From the human T2T-CHM13v2.0 reference genome, Homo sapiens, in assembly GCF_009914755.1 (NCBI RefSeq), contig NC_060936.1: DNA of 64,000 nt. One strand, 5' to 3'. Of the stretch, positions 47,752-64,000 are shown piece after piece. Position numbers and translations under genes: made by a program. Below the pieces are notes generated by a model. It saw nothing but the letters and a program-made list of their open reading frames with translations. It was not told the origin of the DNA and did no database searches. Numbering within the stretch: position 1 is the first letter of the stretch; each line of letters opens with the position of its first letter.

Positions 47752-48501
47752 GTTCATTTTGATTGCTGTATAGTATTCTATTGTACAAGTATGCCATAAT
47801 TTACTTATCCATTTTATCACTGATGGATATTTGAGAGACTTCTCAACTTTAGCTATTAAAACTCAGTGATATGCATGTGTGTGCACATATATTCTGATAA
47901 CAGTGCAAATACTGGGTGTTCAAATGTGATCCATCAACTTAATCAGATAATGCCATAGTCAGACAAAGTAATTGCTCTGATTTACAATTCTAGGAGCAAT
48001 GTATGAAAATTCCCATTGCTTCATATGCTTTCCAAAATAAGTAACATCAGACTAATTTTTACACTTTCGTATCTATATGAAACATTATAAACCTAACATT
48101 TTTGAAGCCTTTTTCTATTATAGTTCAGAATGTATCCTTAATTCAAAAATTATTACTTTTAAATTCTATGACCATGATTTCATGCACATATATTAATAAT
48201 GAATTATATACTTCATATATTTATTTATTCATATTATTAGCTTTTCTAATATTTTTTCTTAAAGATTTAAATACTCTTTTGTTATGAACGGGTATAACTA
48301 TGCTAGACATATTTCCTTTAACCAAACATTATGTCAAATGACTTTGAGAAATATGATTAGTTAACAGCATACTGTAAGGCAAATTTCAGCATTGTTTAAC
48401 AACTCCTTAAAAGGATTCAAAGAAAATAATAGGTTGAAATATCAAAATAGTCTATAAGTGTAATGTAGGTGCCCATGGGAAAATACAAAATACCATTAAC
48501 G

Positions 48502-49430
48502 TTATGGAAAAAAAATGATTAGTAGTAAACATACCATGTCCGACTTTTTTTAGGGCAGGACTAATATCAATGGGCAAGATTCCCTTTAAGGTCCTGACCT
48601 TAATTTCTATGTGCACCTGATTTCTGGTTGTGCAGTAATGTTCCTGTTCCTTTTAAGTTCTCTGACTAATGCCAAGCAGGAAACCACCGGAGCATGCTAT
48701 TGAATGAGTTCAAGGCTATCTTAATGGAAAACATGATAATTTCCAAAACAGCTCAAATTAACTCCTATTCAAATACTATGTCCTTGTTATAAGATAAAAA
48801 TTTTCATACTGATGTTGATGTGAAAGCTGAATTCTCATTTGCTAGCATGCAAATCAAGTCATATTCTTATTCATCATTTTGTAATTTTTTTCCTTGTTTA
48901 ACCTCTATATAATTTGTATTCAGCAATGTCAGTTGTAAGGGAAATTTTCCAACCTAATACATAGATCATACATCAGATGCCTACACTGTTATATGTAGCT
49001 TGGTCAAAACTAGAATCATGACCACTGTTGATTCATTTTTTCAACGCCGGATTTATGGAGAGTGAATCCCAACTTTTCCTACCAAAAGCGTCCAAGGTTT
49101 TCTTCGGAAGCCCAAGAAGGCCAATATTCCTTAAAATCTGGTTGCTGCCAACTAATAATTTTGTATAACTTATTATTAACAAGCTCATTAACATAAGCAC
49201 TTTCACATGCACATATATACACCCCTGACGGTTGGGAAAAATTGTTGTCCTATAATTTCTAAAATGAAAAAGTAATTAATTTTCTTACTCAGGCTTTTCA
49301 GCCCATTTTCAATGTTTATCAAACTTAATCTCTCATGCTTAGGCCTTTGACTAAGTTATTCTCATGAGTCTAACACTTAAATCTTAGTTATTTAATTAAA
49401 ATACTCAGAAATTTTATAACTATTCCTTGG
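48502..49430 (-). pseudogene. Headless TAS2R remnant B2: promoter block plus MVCLLLIIFFP*, ATG at 48537
   Basis: Paralog of 18519-19440, offset ~30.0 kb. Confidence 0.8.
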
Positions 49431-50031
49431 ACACTTAAAAAACATGTTTTCCATTGAAGAATCTACACTTCTCTATGTATGAATATCCAGCTTTATTTTT
49501 CCCTATTTATTTTTGATTACTAAATGGTTTAAGATGAATAGATATTAAAATCAGTCTCCAATCTTGGATTTTATATCTTTTCAGTTTTTACACTATAATG
49601 GTTTCTAAGAGGGGATCTTCGAGTCAGACTACAAAGACAGGAAACCAGATTCCCTGTTTCATACAGATATGTGAGACTCCATTTTACAACTACTGCCTGC
49701 CTCAGTATAATTACCTATAAAAAGCAGATAATAGGCTGGGCACGGTGGCTCAGGCCTGTAATTCCAGCACTTTGGGAGGCCGAGGCAGGTGGATCACCTG
49801 AGGTCAGGAGTTAGAAAACAGCATGGCCAACATGGTGAAACCCTGTCTCCACTAAAAATACAAAAATTTGCCAGTTGTGGTTGTGCATGCCTATGATCCT
49901 AGGTACTTGGTTGGCTGCGGCAGGAGAATCATTTGAACCCAGGAGACGGAGGTTGTAATTGGTCGAGATCACACCACTGCACTCCAACGGGGAGACAGAG
50001 CAACACCCTGTTTCAAAAAAAAAAAAAATGA

Positions 50032-50376
<345 letters not shown>

Positions 50377-52206
50377 TAAATTTTTTGTAGAGACAGAGTT
50401 TCCATATGTTGCGAAGGGAACTCCTGCTCTCAAAAGATCCTCCCACCTTGGCCTCCCAAAGTACTAGGACTACAGGCATGCGCCATCACATCCAGCCTGC
50501 AGTGGGAGTTCTTGAAGGTCAGATGCTGCCCAGAGCTTCGGCTCATGTCTATCCCAAGGTGGATCTAACCAGTTTGTAGTTATTACCTCTTCCTGAATGT
50601 GTAATTGAAATGGATACGTATGGCAGCTGGCAGAACTATCACATTCTTCCTGAACTGTAGAGTAAGGAACATTATTATAGCAGGACCAAGGGGAAGCCTC
50701 TGAAATTCTCCTCCATTGGCAACACAATGTATAAAATATAATAACTGCATTCCCCAAGGAATGGAACTGGTCACTGTCATGACAAAACACTTGAAAGTTA
50801 CAGGGGATGGTAGTCCTTTCTATAACCCGATTCACTTAACCTATCTGGCCTCTACCAAAGACAGACAGGTTATAGTGAATGCAGACTACCATAAACTTCA
50901 ATCAACACTCACAAATGCTTTCCAGGATGTGCTATCTTCACTGAGCAGAGCAGAGCTTTTGATACTTTTTACGGGGCTCATGATTTGGTGAATGTTTGTT
51001 AATCTACACCCATTATGCAGGAAAATCAAAACAATTTGGCTTGTATTGTAAGAATAATAGCACTGCTTCACTGTTTTATGTCAGGGCTATGTCACTTCTG
51101 TTCTCAGTTTAATTTACATTTTTTAAAACATCGTGCTAATTTAATATATTAGTAATATTACAAACCGGGCCCTGTGGCACATGACTGTAATCCCAGCACT
51201 TTTGGAGGCCGACACAGACAGATCACTTCAGCCCAGGAGTTTGAGACCAGCCTGGGTAACATGGTGAAATCCTAGCCCTACAGGAAATACCAAAATTAGC
51301 CAGGCAAGGTGTTGTACCCCTGCAGTCCCAGCTGCTAGAAATGCGGAAGTGGGAGAATCACTTGAGCCCAGAAGGTTGAGGCTGTAATGAGGTGTGATCC
51401 TGCCACTGAACTCCAGCCTCAGGGATAGAATGAGACCCTGTTCAAAATAATAACAATAATAATAAAGTATTAGTTGGTACAATAATCAGGAAGTTGCAAG
51501 TTTATTAAATATAGTAAAATACCCTAATGTTGGATGGAAGTAAAATACCAGAAGAAAAGAAATAAACCTGAGAAGATTCAGGGACCTACAGCATAGGTGA
51601 TGTTTTAAGGTGTGCAGTGTCCCTAGGGCACATGTCAAAACAATCTTTTTTAAAGTAAATGGCATGTTGCTCTCTCTATGTACTTCCTATCACTACAAAA
51701 GAGATACAATGTTTTGGGGACCTATTGAGATTTTGGAGCCAACATATTCCACGTTTGAAAATATTGCTCTGACTCATTAATAAAGTTTCCAAAGGCTACT
51801 GGTCTCAAGTGGAACCCAGAACAAAAGAGGGCTCTACAGCAGATACAGGCTCTGGTCCAAGCTGCTATGGCCACTGTGCCAGATGATCCAGCAGAATTCA
51901 AAGCGACTAGAGCATTGTTTCACATTTCTTCCTGTCTCAATTTCCACATGTCCCTGCCATTTTTGTCTTGAACTTTACTTCTAAATAAATGTCATCACTT
52001 TCATTAACAGGTATTAATTAAAAACATTTTGGTCAAGTAGCTGGTTACTAACTCAATTTTTTGAAATGAAATGCCATTTTGTTTACCTAATAATCAACTA
52101 GAAAATATCATAACACAAATATATAATTCACAATAAAAAAATACTTATGCAAATAGACCAAAGTCTTTTATATGCTTTTTAAAGTATTGTCATAGGTGCC
52201 ACCTAA

Positions 52207-52460
<254 letters not shown>

Positions 52461-54218
52461 AGGTGCCATCTAATTTTGATGTTTTACCTTGTCTCCAATT
52501 CAGACACCTGACACAGCTGCATCAAGACTATATATCACTATATATATATATAGTGTGACTATATATCACTATATATATCACTAGTGTGATATTTCCCCTA
52601 AAATTGTGGAATAGCCAAACTTTTCCTCTGAGGAAGGATTCTGCTTGGATAAGCCTGAAACCTCAACCTGAGACCAGAACAGGGGAATTCATGCAACTGC
52701 AGATTTTGTGATGAGTTTCCTTTTCATTGATTTACCACATCAACTTATCCATTTTAGCCACCCATTTATTTGTTCATTAAAGTATCATTTTTGGCCATCT
52801 ATTCTTGGTGCTGGGTTCTAGGTCCTGGGAATCAACAGAAAGCAAGACAGACATGATCTCTTTCTTTACAGTTCTTACATTGTACTGAGGAAGATATATG
52901 ATTAAAAAATTACATAAATCAGGTGTGGGGATGATTTATCTTAAGGTTTAAATAACATTAAATAACATTGTTAAAACTTCATAACACCAAGAATTAATGT
53001 AGTCATATAGAATTTAGCTGTGAACAAGACTGTACATTTCTTTCTTATAATAGAACTTCCTGTTAATGAATATGTCAAAACACTTTCATCACTGACAACA
53101 AAATTACAATGGTAAGGCACATCCCATAATTAATACATAGATTTCATAGATACTATTTTAACATTTACAAAAAGTTTCACTGAATTATTTTCCATAATTT
53201 CTATACTATTTTTACATTGATAGTTTTTTTTTTTAGAAAAGAGAAGATTTGAGTTCTCTTATCTGAAGTTTAGAAGGAATTTTGTAAATGGAAGATGAGG
53301 ATATAATTAGCAATTCAGGGGCTTAGAAGTGTCTTAGAAAAAAATACTAAAATAATTTACATCAGATCTCAACTTCAAAAACAGCTTTTCTTTAATTCAA
53401 AAGCTGGAAGAAATGACGTTTCTAACTGCGTATGGAAACCGATAATAGCAATCAAGACCATGATCATATTTCCTCCCTTTATTATCAAAGAGATTTTTTT
53501 CTAAGCTATTCACATACTTGCTTTAAATCTAGTATTCTTCAGTACTGTTTATGGTAGACATATATGAAATTTATTCTACCTATACTTGTCACTCGAATTC
53601 TATAGTGTGCATTGTTTACAATAATTCTGTTTGCTTTTTACTAACCATAAAATAGGAATTCATAATGGAATAAAACCCCAAAGATACATCCACATTATTG
53701 GTTTAGAATTGAATGACCTTACCATCCAATAAGATAGAGGTTCAAACAATGATTTCTAAGCACACTGTGGTATATTTGTGTGGTTCAAATAACAATAGAA
53801 AACAGCAATATCTTTCCTGAGATAAGCTGTTAGTTCTTAATAATTATAAATAGACATTGTAAATTCTACAAATGAAAGATAAAATACATGAATGAAATAC
53901 ACATGGCTTCATAATTCTGAGGAATTTTTGTCATATTTTGTATAATCTGGCAGTTCATATGAAAAAAACAAAAAAGAGTATGTTATTGTCAATGTTCTTA
54001 AGTTTTTCACACACACATACACACACACATACATACATTTTTTAGACTAGGTTAAAGATTTATCTAGGTATATGTTTGGAAATTATTCATACACATACAT
54101 TACAGAAAACACTGTAAGAAATATAAAATGTTTCATACACCACCAGTTTGTTTTCTGCTAGAAGACACACAATGCCCCTCTTCTGAATCTATGGAGATGA
54201 AGGCTTCTCTCCTTTCAC

Positions 54219-55118
54219 TCAGTACCTCATTTGCCACAAAACTGAAAGATAAGTCTGCTTTAGCTTCTTGTTTCCCCAAATCAGGATGAACGGGTGGGCT
54301 GAAGAACAGCTGAATCCAATAGCTTGGCAGAACATGAAGACAGGTTTGTTTTCCAGATTCTTAAAACTCCAAACTGATATTATTACAGACACAAAGTAAA
54401 TGGCACGTAACAAGAAGAAGGAGATCACAGTTTGCAAAACTTTTATGTGGACCTTGGTACTGGGATCTTGAGATCCTTTGCCATGGAGCTGCATCTTCTT
54501 GAGATGTTTACACAGAGAACAGACTAACAGCAGAAAAGATATCAGGGTTACAGTAAAGGGTACTAAGTTTGCTAGCATGGTTACAGTCGTATCTGAAAGG
54601 TACATTGCACGCCTCAATTTGATCTTCCAAGTCATGTTTCCTTCATATTCTTTTGTCCATACAATCTGATTCATGTTTACCACAAAAAGATGACAAGCCA
54701 AAAATAGCAAAGGCCCCAACAGCACCACCAGAATGACACTCTTAACTCTCCTCTTTAAGCGAAGAAAAATAAGGTTGGAGAAATTGGCAATCTTGAGCAA
54801 ATAAAATATGCTGAGGCTAGTAGCAGGCCAGTTGCTGAAATGGCCGGTTACTGCCCAGATATTATAAGCAGTAGTTCTTAATTCTACACTATAAAAAGCT
54901 GGATTCAACACAGTTGAATACCAATTTAATAATAACACCCAGAGCAAACCAACTCTGGAGACCGCCAGAGCAGTGACAATTTGGTCAGCAAAGGAGATCT
55001 TTTGTCTCTTCACCCACTCGGTGGAATTTACCAACGCTATGAAGCCATTAGCAAAATTTCCAATAACAAATGTAACCACTACTAGAATGGAAAATATGAT
55101 GGGCAGAAAAGTTATCAT
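54219..55118 (-). CDS. TAS2R45: Bitter taste receptor TAS2R45, 299 aa (codon 300 TGA; ancestral stop at 54189-54191)
   Basis: Intact intronless 7TM ORF with TAS2R motifs ([46 protein letters not shown]). NSTEW, NWPATS, LLRAIY and the ending LWQMRY match the TAS2R45 I recall. N161 glycosylation sequon NMT present. Confidence 0.9.
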   Translation of the reverse strand: MITFLPIIFSILVVVTFVIGNFANGFIALVNSTEWVKRQKISFADQIVTALAVSRVGLLWVLLLNWYSTVLNPAFYSVELRTTAYNIWAVTGHFSNWPATSLSIFYLLKIANFSNLIFLRLKRRVKSVILVVLLGPLLFLACHLFVVNMNQIVWTKEYEGNMTWKIKLRRAMYLSDTTVTMLANLVPFTVTLISFLLLVCSLCKHLKKMQLHGKGSQDPSTKVHIKVLQTVISFFLLRAIYFVSVIISVWSFKNLENKPVFMFCQAIGFSCSSAHPFILIWGNKKLKQTYLSVLWQMRY

Positions 55119-55157
55119 GTCTGAACAGACAAAAAGAAATTTTTAAAATGCTGGTGT

Positions 55158-55842
55158 TGTATCCGGAGTTGGTTCCTGCAGGTGGGTTCGTGGTCTCGCT
55201 GACTTCAAGAATGGAGGCACGGACCTTTGCAGTGATGTTACAGCTCTTAAAGATGGCATGGCCCCAGGGCTGAGCAGTAGCAAGGTTTCAGCTCTTAAAG
55301 ACTGTGTGGACCCAAAGACTGAGTGGTAGCAAGGTTTATTGTTAAGAGCAAAAGGACAAAGGTTCCACAGGGTGGAAGGGGGCCTGAGTGGGTTGCCCCG
55401 TGGGCTGCCCCGTGGGCTGGAATGGCCAGCTTTTATTCCCTTATTTGTCCCCTCCCATGTTCCATTTTTGTCCTATCAGAGTGCCCTTTTTTCAATCCTC
55501 CCTGTGATTGGCTACTTTTAGGATCCTGATGATTGGTGCGTTTTATGGAGCGCTGATTGGTGCCTTTTACAGAGAGCTGATTGGTGCATTTTACAATCCT
55601 CTGGCTAGCTAGAGTGCTGATTGGTGCATTTTTACAGAGTGTTGACTGGTGCATTTTATAATTCCCATGCTACCTAAAGAGTGCTGATTGGTGCATTTTA
55701 TAATCCCCATGCTACCTAAAGAGTGCTGATTGGTGCCTTTTACAGAGCACTGATTGGTGCATTTTACAATCCCCTTGCTAGCTTCAGAATAGTTCTCCAA
55801 ATCTCCACTCCACCCAGGAAGTCCAGCTGGCTTCACCTCTCA
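55158..55842 (-). mobile_element. Solo LTR12 (ERV9; LTR12/LTR12F-like), sense to TAS2R45
   Basis: Minus strand TGAGAGGTGAAGCCAGCTGGACTTCCTGGG ... CTCCGGATACA; tandem GCACCAATCAGC repeats; 4-bp TSD GTGT/ATGT; empty site CTGGTGTAATATCAC at 25521. Confidence 0.92.
55507..55757 (-). promoter_or_regulatory. Array of 8 intact CCAAT (NF-Y) boxes in the LTR12 U3; TATA-like GAATAAAAG at ~55429-55437
   Basis: ATTGG on + at 55507, 55532, 55556, 55580, 55620, 55687, 55729 and 55753, plus one degenerate ACTGG. Confidence 0.75.
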
Positions 55843-57076
55843 ATGTAATATCACTGGTTGTGATTGCTTGAATATCCTGACCTTAAATTCTATATGCACC
55901 TAATTTGTAAATCTGCTGGGTCATTCTTTTTACTTTTAAACGTTGTGACCAGTGTCAAGCCAGAAATCACCATGGCGTGTTAACTGATGAGTTCAATGAT
56001 CTCTTTATGGAAAACATTCTTATTTTCAAACAACTCAAATTAACTCATTCATTCACTGTTTGTTCTTGTTACAGGCTAGAATTATTCATACTGAAATTGA
56101 CTGGAAACCTGAATCCTCATTTGCTAGTACACAAATAAGAATGTACTCTCTTTCAGAGTTTGCAATTTTTCTTTGTGTAACCTCTCCATCATTTGTGTTT
56201 AGCAACTTCAGTTGTTTGGGAAGTTTTATAACCCAATACATAGATCATATAGCAAATGTCTAAAGTCTTAAAGGGAGCTTGGTCACAACTAAGATCATTA
56301 CCAATATGGACTTTTTAAAATGCCAGATTTGTATACACAGAATCCAAACTGCTTTTATCAAAAGCATCTAAGATTTTCTTGAGAACCACAGGCAGGCCAA
56401 TACTCCATAAGATTTGGTTGCTGCTAATACTTTTGTATAACTTCATTATTCACAAGCTCATAAATATGAACACAAATACACGCATGTGCACACCACTTAT
56501 GAATGGAACAAATTATTTTCTCATAATTTCCAAAATAAAAAATGAGTTTCCAAGAAGTTGTCCAGATGAAATTAGCCCTATTTTCCCACTCAAGAGTTTT
56601 CAGCCCATGAATAATATTTATTTATCAAACATATCTCTAATTCTTAGGCCTTTGGTAAAGTTTCTCTCAAGTCTAATGTTTAAATATTTATTATTATATA
56701 AAATATTTAGCCATTTTATAAGAATTCCTGAGTACCCGACCCTTTGGTATATAATCTTGCAGTATCCTCCTATCACAGGAAGACTGACTACCTTTCCCCT
56801 GAACTTGGAGTTCAATCATTTAACTTACTTTGATAAACAGAAAATTACTACACTTTGCATAGAGATTTGAGATGGCTTCCATACTGGGGATTCTTCCTCT
56901 TTCCATTTACCATGAGAATATCGCCTCGCAAGTACACTGTTCCCAGAAGGAGAATGAGAAAGTAATGTAGTCAGATTGCCCCCACCTGATCCAGACTAAA
57001 TTGGCCAAACTCTATCTCCAAGATGCCGAATTTGGCCCATCTCAAATCACCAGAGCCATCCATCAAACCCAGCTTA

Positions 57077-57411
<335 letters not shown>

Positions 57412-59365
57412 TTAGAGGGTCTTCTCTTGCAGAAAAACATAACTGATAAAAGAACTCTGCTAAACCAAGAGTGTGGGAAATATGTACAACTTTGTTGTGT
57501 CAGGAATTGAGGAGCCGAAAGAAAAAATAGATGGGGAATGGCAAAGGTTTGTCCTGTGAGGTGGATAATTAAGGCTAGAAGAAATCCTTTGGAGAGATCT
57601 GCGCTTGGCAGATAACATCATCTCAAATTTCCTCATGATGCAACTAAATAAGAAAGTTCCTATTTCAACTATCTTAGAGTTGTATAAGAATGTATATACA
57701 ACTAATTGATTTTTCCCTTCAGTATATAATCAGATGAGTAATAATAATTTCTATGAGACATTTCTCCTAATCAAAAACTTTAATATTAAAATTATAATGC
57801 ACACTTAGAAATGAACCAAAACAAAAATGGGAAATACCGGAATGTATCATAAACAGTCAACTAACCCTTATAAAGGGCAAGAGATGGAACACCGAAAATA
57901 GGCTAAGTCCATCTCCATGCCACCCTCCTGACATGAAAATGGTAATGATTTTCTTCCTTTTGTAATACTTTGGTCAAAGAAGAGAATAAAACCAAGGTCT
58001 AGGCATCCTCCTGCAACTTGGAAGAAACTGGAAATTGATTTGATGTGAGGAGTTTTTTTGGATAGTAGCTTGTCTGTTGTGGGGTCATCACCACAAACTC
58101 TCCTCACAGGGAAATTCAGTGAGCAGCACTGGATCTCAAAATGTCATTTCAATTAATAAGACAAAGTATCTCCGCCACAGCTCCACCATTCTATTCCATG
58201 ATATAAATTTTAAGCTGTTTTTATTAGCAGAAATCAACACTTCTTAGTTTTTAACAATCTTTAAAAGATCAAATAGTAAAACAGTACTTAAAACTTTATC
58301 AAAAAATGACGGCATTCTCAGCAAACTATCACAAATGCTTTTTCTCATTCTTAGCTATGGTGACTAAATCTGGATTATTTTACTACAGCAGTCAAAGTAG
58401 CATTATATGTGCACAAACATGCTCAAAGATCAGGCTAAATTATTTTTTATACCTTAAAAAATTTGCCTTTCTATGATTTTTTTCTCTAATGGACAGCCAA
58501 AAAATTTATAGTAACAAAAAATTTTACCCAACACACTGGTGTACACAGGAATAGTACAGTGAAATTAGAATGCTAACAATGTGAATATAAATATTTCATT
58601 TAGAGACACATTTTTAATACATTTAATTTAATATATTTAATATCCATCGTACTATAATTTATTGTAAATTCCTGAATTTCTTACACTTTCAAATGTGTAT
58701 CATAAATAATTAAATTGGAAATAAGAAAAAAGGTGTCTATCAATCATGGATATTCAAATTTTGATGTTTCAAATTCATATTAGCACTAAGAAAGTGGATT
58801 AACAATTCTTGCCTATCTCTTCTTTTGTGTGAATTAATTTAAGTAATGTTTTGGGCCAGGTGTGGTGGCTCACACCTGTAATCCCATCATTTGGGAGGCT
58901 GAGGCAGGTGGATTGCCTAAGCACAGGAGTTCAAGACCTGCCTGGGCAACATGGCAAAACCATGTCTCTACAAAAAAATAGAAAAAATTAGCAGGGCGTA
59001 GTGGTGCACGCCTGTTGTCCTAGCTACTCTGGAGGCTAAGATGGGAGAATCACTTGAGCCAAGGTGACAGAGGCTGCATTGAGCCAAGATTGTTCTTGTG
59101 CACTCCAGCCTGGACAACAGAGTCAGATCCTGTCTCAAAATAAAAATAGAAAAGTTTTAAATTTTAACTTGGATTTCTTAGTACCATAATCCTCTATTCT
59201 TTATTCAGCAAAAACTCTAATTACAATGATATCTATAAGAATATGCTGCATCACCCTAATTTTACACTTAGAAATGTACTTTAGGTTTCTGCTTTTTTAA
59301 CATTTTTTATTGTGGAGCAAAACATACATATACAGAGTAATAACAACTAATAAAGAGTAAGATAA

Positions 59366-61855
<2,490 letters not shown>

Positions 61856-62932
61856 GGAAGAAAATAGAATTTGCTAGCAATCCAGATACTCCCGATATAT
61901 GTCTTCTTGTTGATATTTTCCTCCCTTCTGACTATCCCAAATTGTTATGATGATCACTCATATGATGATCACTCATATGTTTCACTGTAGGGTTTTATCA
62001 CCAATGTAATGAATGACAATGTATTAAAAATAAAGTTTTTCAAACTTTACGTCGATGAGATTACAGTAAATGTATTTTTCCACCTTGATAATTCCTCTCA
62101 CATCTGTGAGTATTATTATCTATGTAGCTCAAATTTGTTCATTTTCTTTGTTGTATTATTCTGTTGTAAACATGTCAGTCTTGTTTGTTAATTTTGATCA
62201 CTGTACAGTATTCCACTGTATAAGTATGCCACAATTTCTTTATCCATTTGGAGGACTGAGACATTTGGAGGACTTCTCAACTTTAGCTATTGAAACTCAG
62301 TGATATGCATGTGTATGTATATGTATTCTGATAAGAGTGTAAATACTTGATCTTAGGATATGATCCTTCACCTTAATGAGATAATGCCATACTCAGCCGA
62401 AATGATGGCACAGATTTATAATTCTAGGAGTAGTGTATGAAAATTCCCATTGTGTCATATCCTTTCCAAAATAAATAATGTTGGGCTAATATATACATTT
62501 TTGTATTTATATAAAATATTATTAAACAATATTTTCCAAGTCCTTTTCTATTCTTATTCAGAATGTATGTTTACTTCAATGAATTACATTAATCTTTTTC
62601 ATTCTATGACTATTTCATATACACTTATTAATAATGCCTTATATATTATACATATTTATTTATATTTCATTATAAATTGTCTAACCTTTTTCTTCAAATT
62701 TCAAATACTCTTGTTATAAGTAACTGTAATTATACTGGAGATACTTCCTTTAATCAATCATTGTGTCAGATGACTTTGAAAAAATATAATTAGTTAACAG
62801 CATACAGTAAGGGAAATTTCAGGATTGTTTAACAACTCTTAAAAGGACTCAAAGAAAAAAAGTTGAAAAATAAAAAGAGTCTATAAGTTTAATGTAGGTG
62901 TCCATGGGAAAATATAAATATATTATTGTTGA

Positions 62933-63890
62933 AGAAAAAATGATTGGTAGTAAATTTATCATGTCTGAATTTTTTTAAAGGCAAGCCTGATATCACTGGT
63001 CAAGATTTCCTTTAAGGTCTTGACCTTAACATCTATGTGTACCTGATTCCTGAATTTGCAGGAATGTTCTTGTTCCTTTTTAAATTCTGTGACCAATGTC
63101 AAACAGGAAAGCATCTCAATATGCCAGTGGATGAAATCAATGCTGTCTTTATGGAAAACATGATGATTTCCAAAACAGCTCAAATTAACTCCTATTCAAA
63201 CACAATGTCCTTGCTGTAAGATAAAATTTTCCATATTGGTGTTGAAGTGAAAAGTGATTTCTCATCTACTAGCATGCCAATGAAGAGTTTTTTAATTGTT
63301 CTGCACTTATTTCTTTGTTTAACCTCTCCACAATTTGTGTTCAGCAACTTCAGTTGTTAGAGAAATTTTACAACCTAATACAGAGATGACACACTGGTTG
63401 TATAACCTGGTAAAGGGAGCTTGGACATAACTAGGATCATCACCAAAGTAAATTTAATTTTTCAACGTGAGTAATATGTAGAGTGAATCCAAACTTTTCC
63501 TAGCAAAAGGATTCAAGTTTTTCTTGGGAATCTCAGAAAGGCCAATAATTCTTAAAACCCGGTTGCTACTAATACTTTTGAATAACTTATTCTTAAGAAG
63601 CTCATTAATACAAACACACTCAAACCCATACACACATACTCACTCACTCATGGATAGAAGAAATTGTTGTCCTATAATTTCCAAAATGGAAAATTAATTT
63701 CAGGGACATCATCCAGGTAAAAATAGCCCTATTTTCCCATTTGGGCTTTTCAACCCATTTTCAATATTTTTCAAACTTATCTCTCATGCTGAGACCTTTG
63801 ACTAAGTTTTTCTCTTGAGTTTACTTAATTGTTAAATATTAATTTTTTAGTTAAAATACTCAGCAATTGTGTAACTATTGTGGGCTACTT
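62933..63890 (-). pseudogene. Headless TAS2R remnant A2: promoter block plus MINLLPIIFS, ATG at 62962
   Basis: Paralog of 482-1420, offset ~62.4 kb; TTCAGAC-ATG ATA AAT TTA CTA CCA ATC ATT TTT TCT. Confidence 0.85.
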
Positions 63891-64000
63891 AAAAAACACG
63901 TTTTCCATTGAAGAGTCTAGATCTTCATATATGAATATTTGGTTTTATTTTTCTCTATTTAATTTATTTTTGATTACTTAATTTATTTTTGATTACTTAA

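Noticed and set aside
56379-56870. 163-aa plus-strand ORF
   Set aside because: Non-ATG start, AT-rich, no recognisable domain, and no comparable ORF at the paralogous upstream blocks.

Overview
AT-rich, repeat-dense primate DNA, almost certainly human, from the chr12p13.2 bitter-taste receptor (TAS2R) cluster. It holds four intronless TAS2R loci, all on the minus strand: a pseudogene (9657-10586, TAS2R63P by synteny), TAS2R46 carrying the nonsense allele W250* plus L228M (24559-25488), a second pseudogene (40765-41694, TAS2R64P-like) and TAS2R45 (54219-55118, 299 aa). TAS2R45 occupies the slot where I recall TAS2R43 in the GRCh38 primary assembly, so this looks like an alternative or CNV haplotype. 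The region is built from a ~15 kb module (TAS2R gene plus upstream block), duplicated again as a ~30 kb unit. The most interesting signals are: (1) four 'headless' TAS2R copies that keep ~1 kb of promoter and only the first ~10 codons; (2) a sense-oriented LTR12 (ERV9) solo LTR with 8 CCAAT boxes inserted 39 bp before the TAS2R45 ATG; (3) a 169-nt MaLR-derived exon candidate, plus splice-acceptor-like motifs 2 nt before the TAS2R46 and TAS2R45 ATGs; (4) an L1 with a ~460 bp 3' transduction; (5) deletions patched with L1 fragments; (6) triple-nested TEs; (7) a minisatellite inside an AluY. None of this is a proven new system. The regulatory ideas are hypotheses, and repeat subfamily names are from recalled consensus sequences, not a RepeatMasker run.
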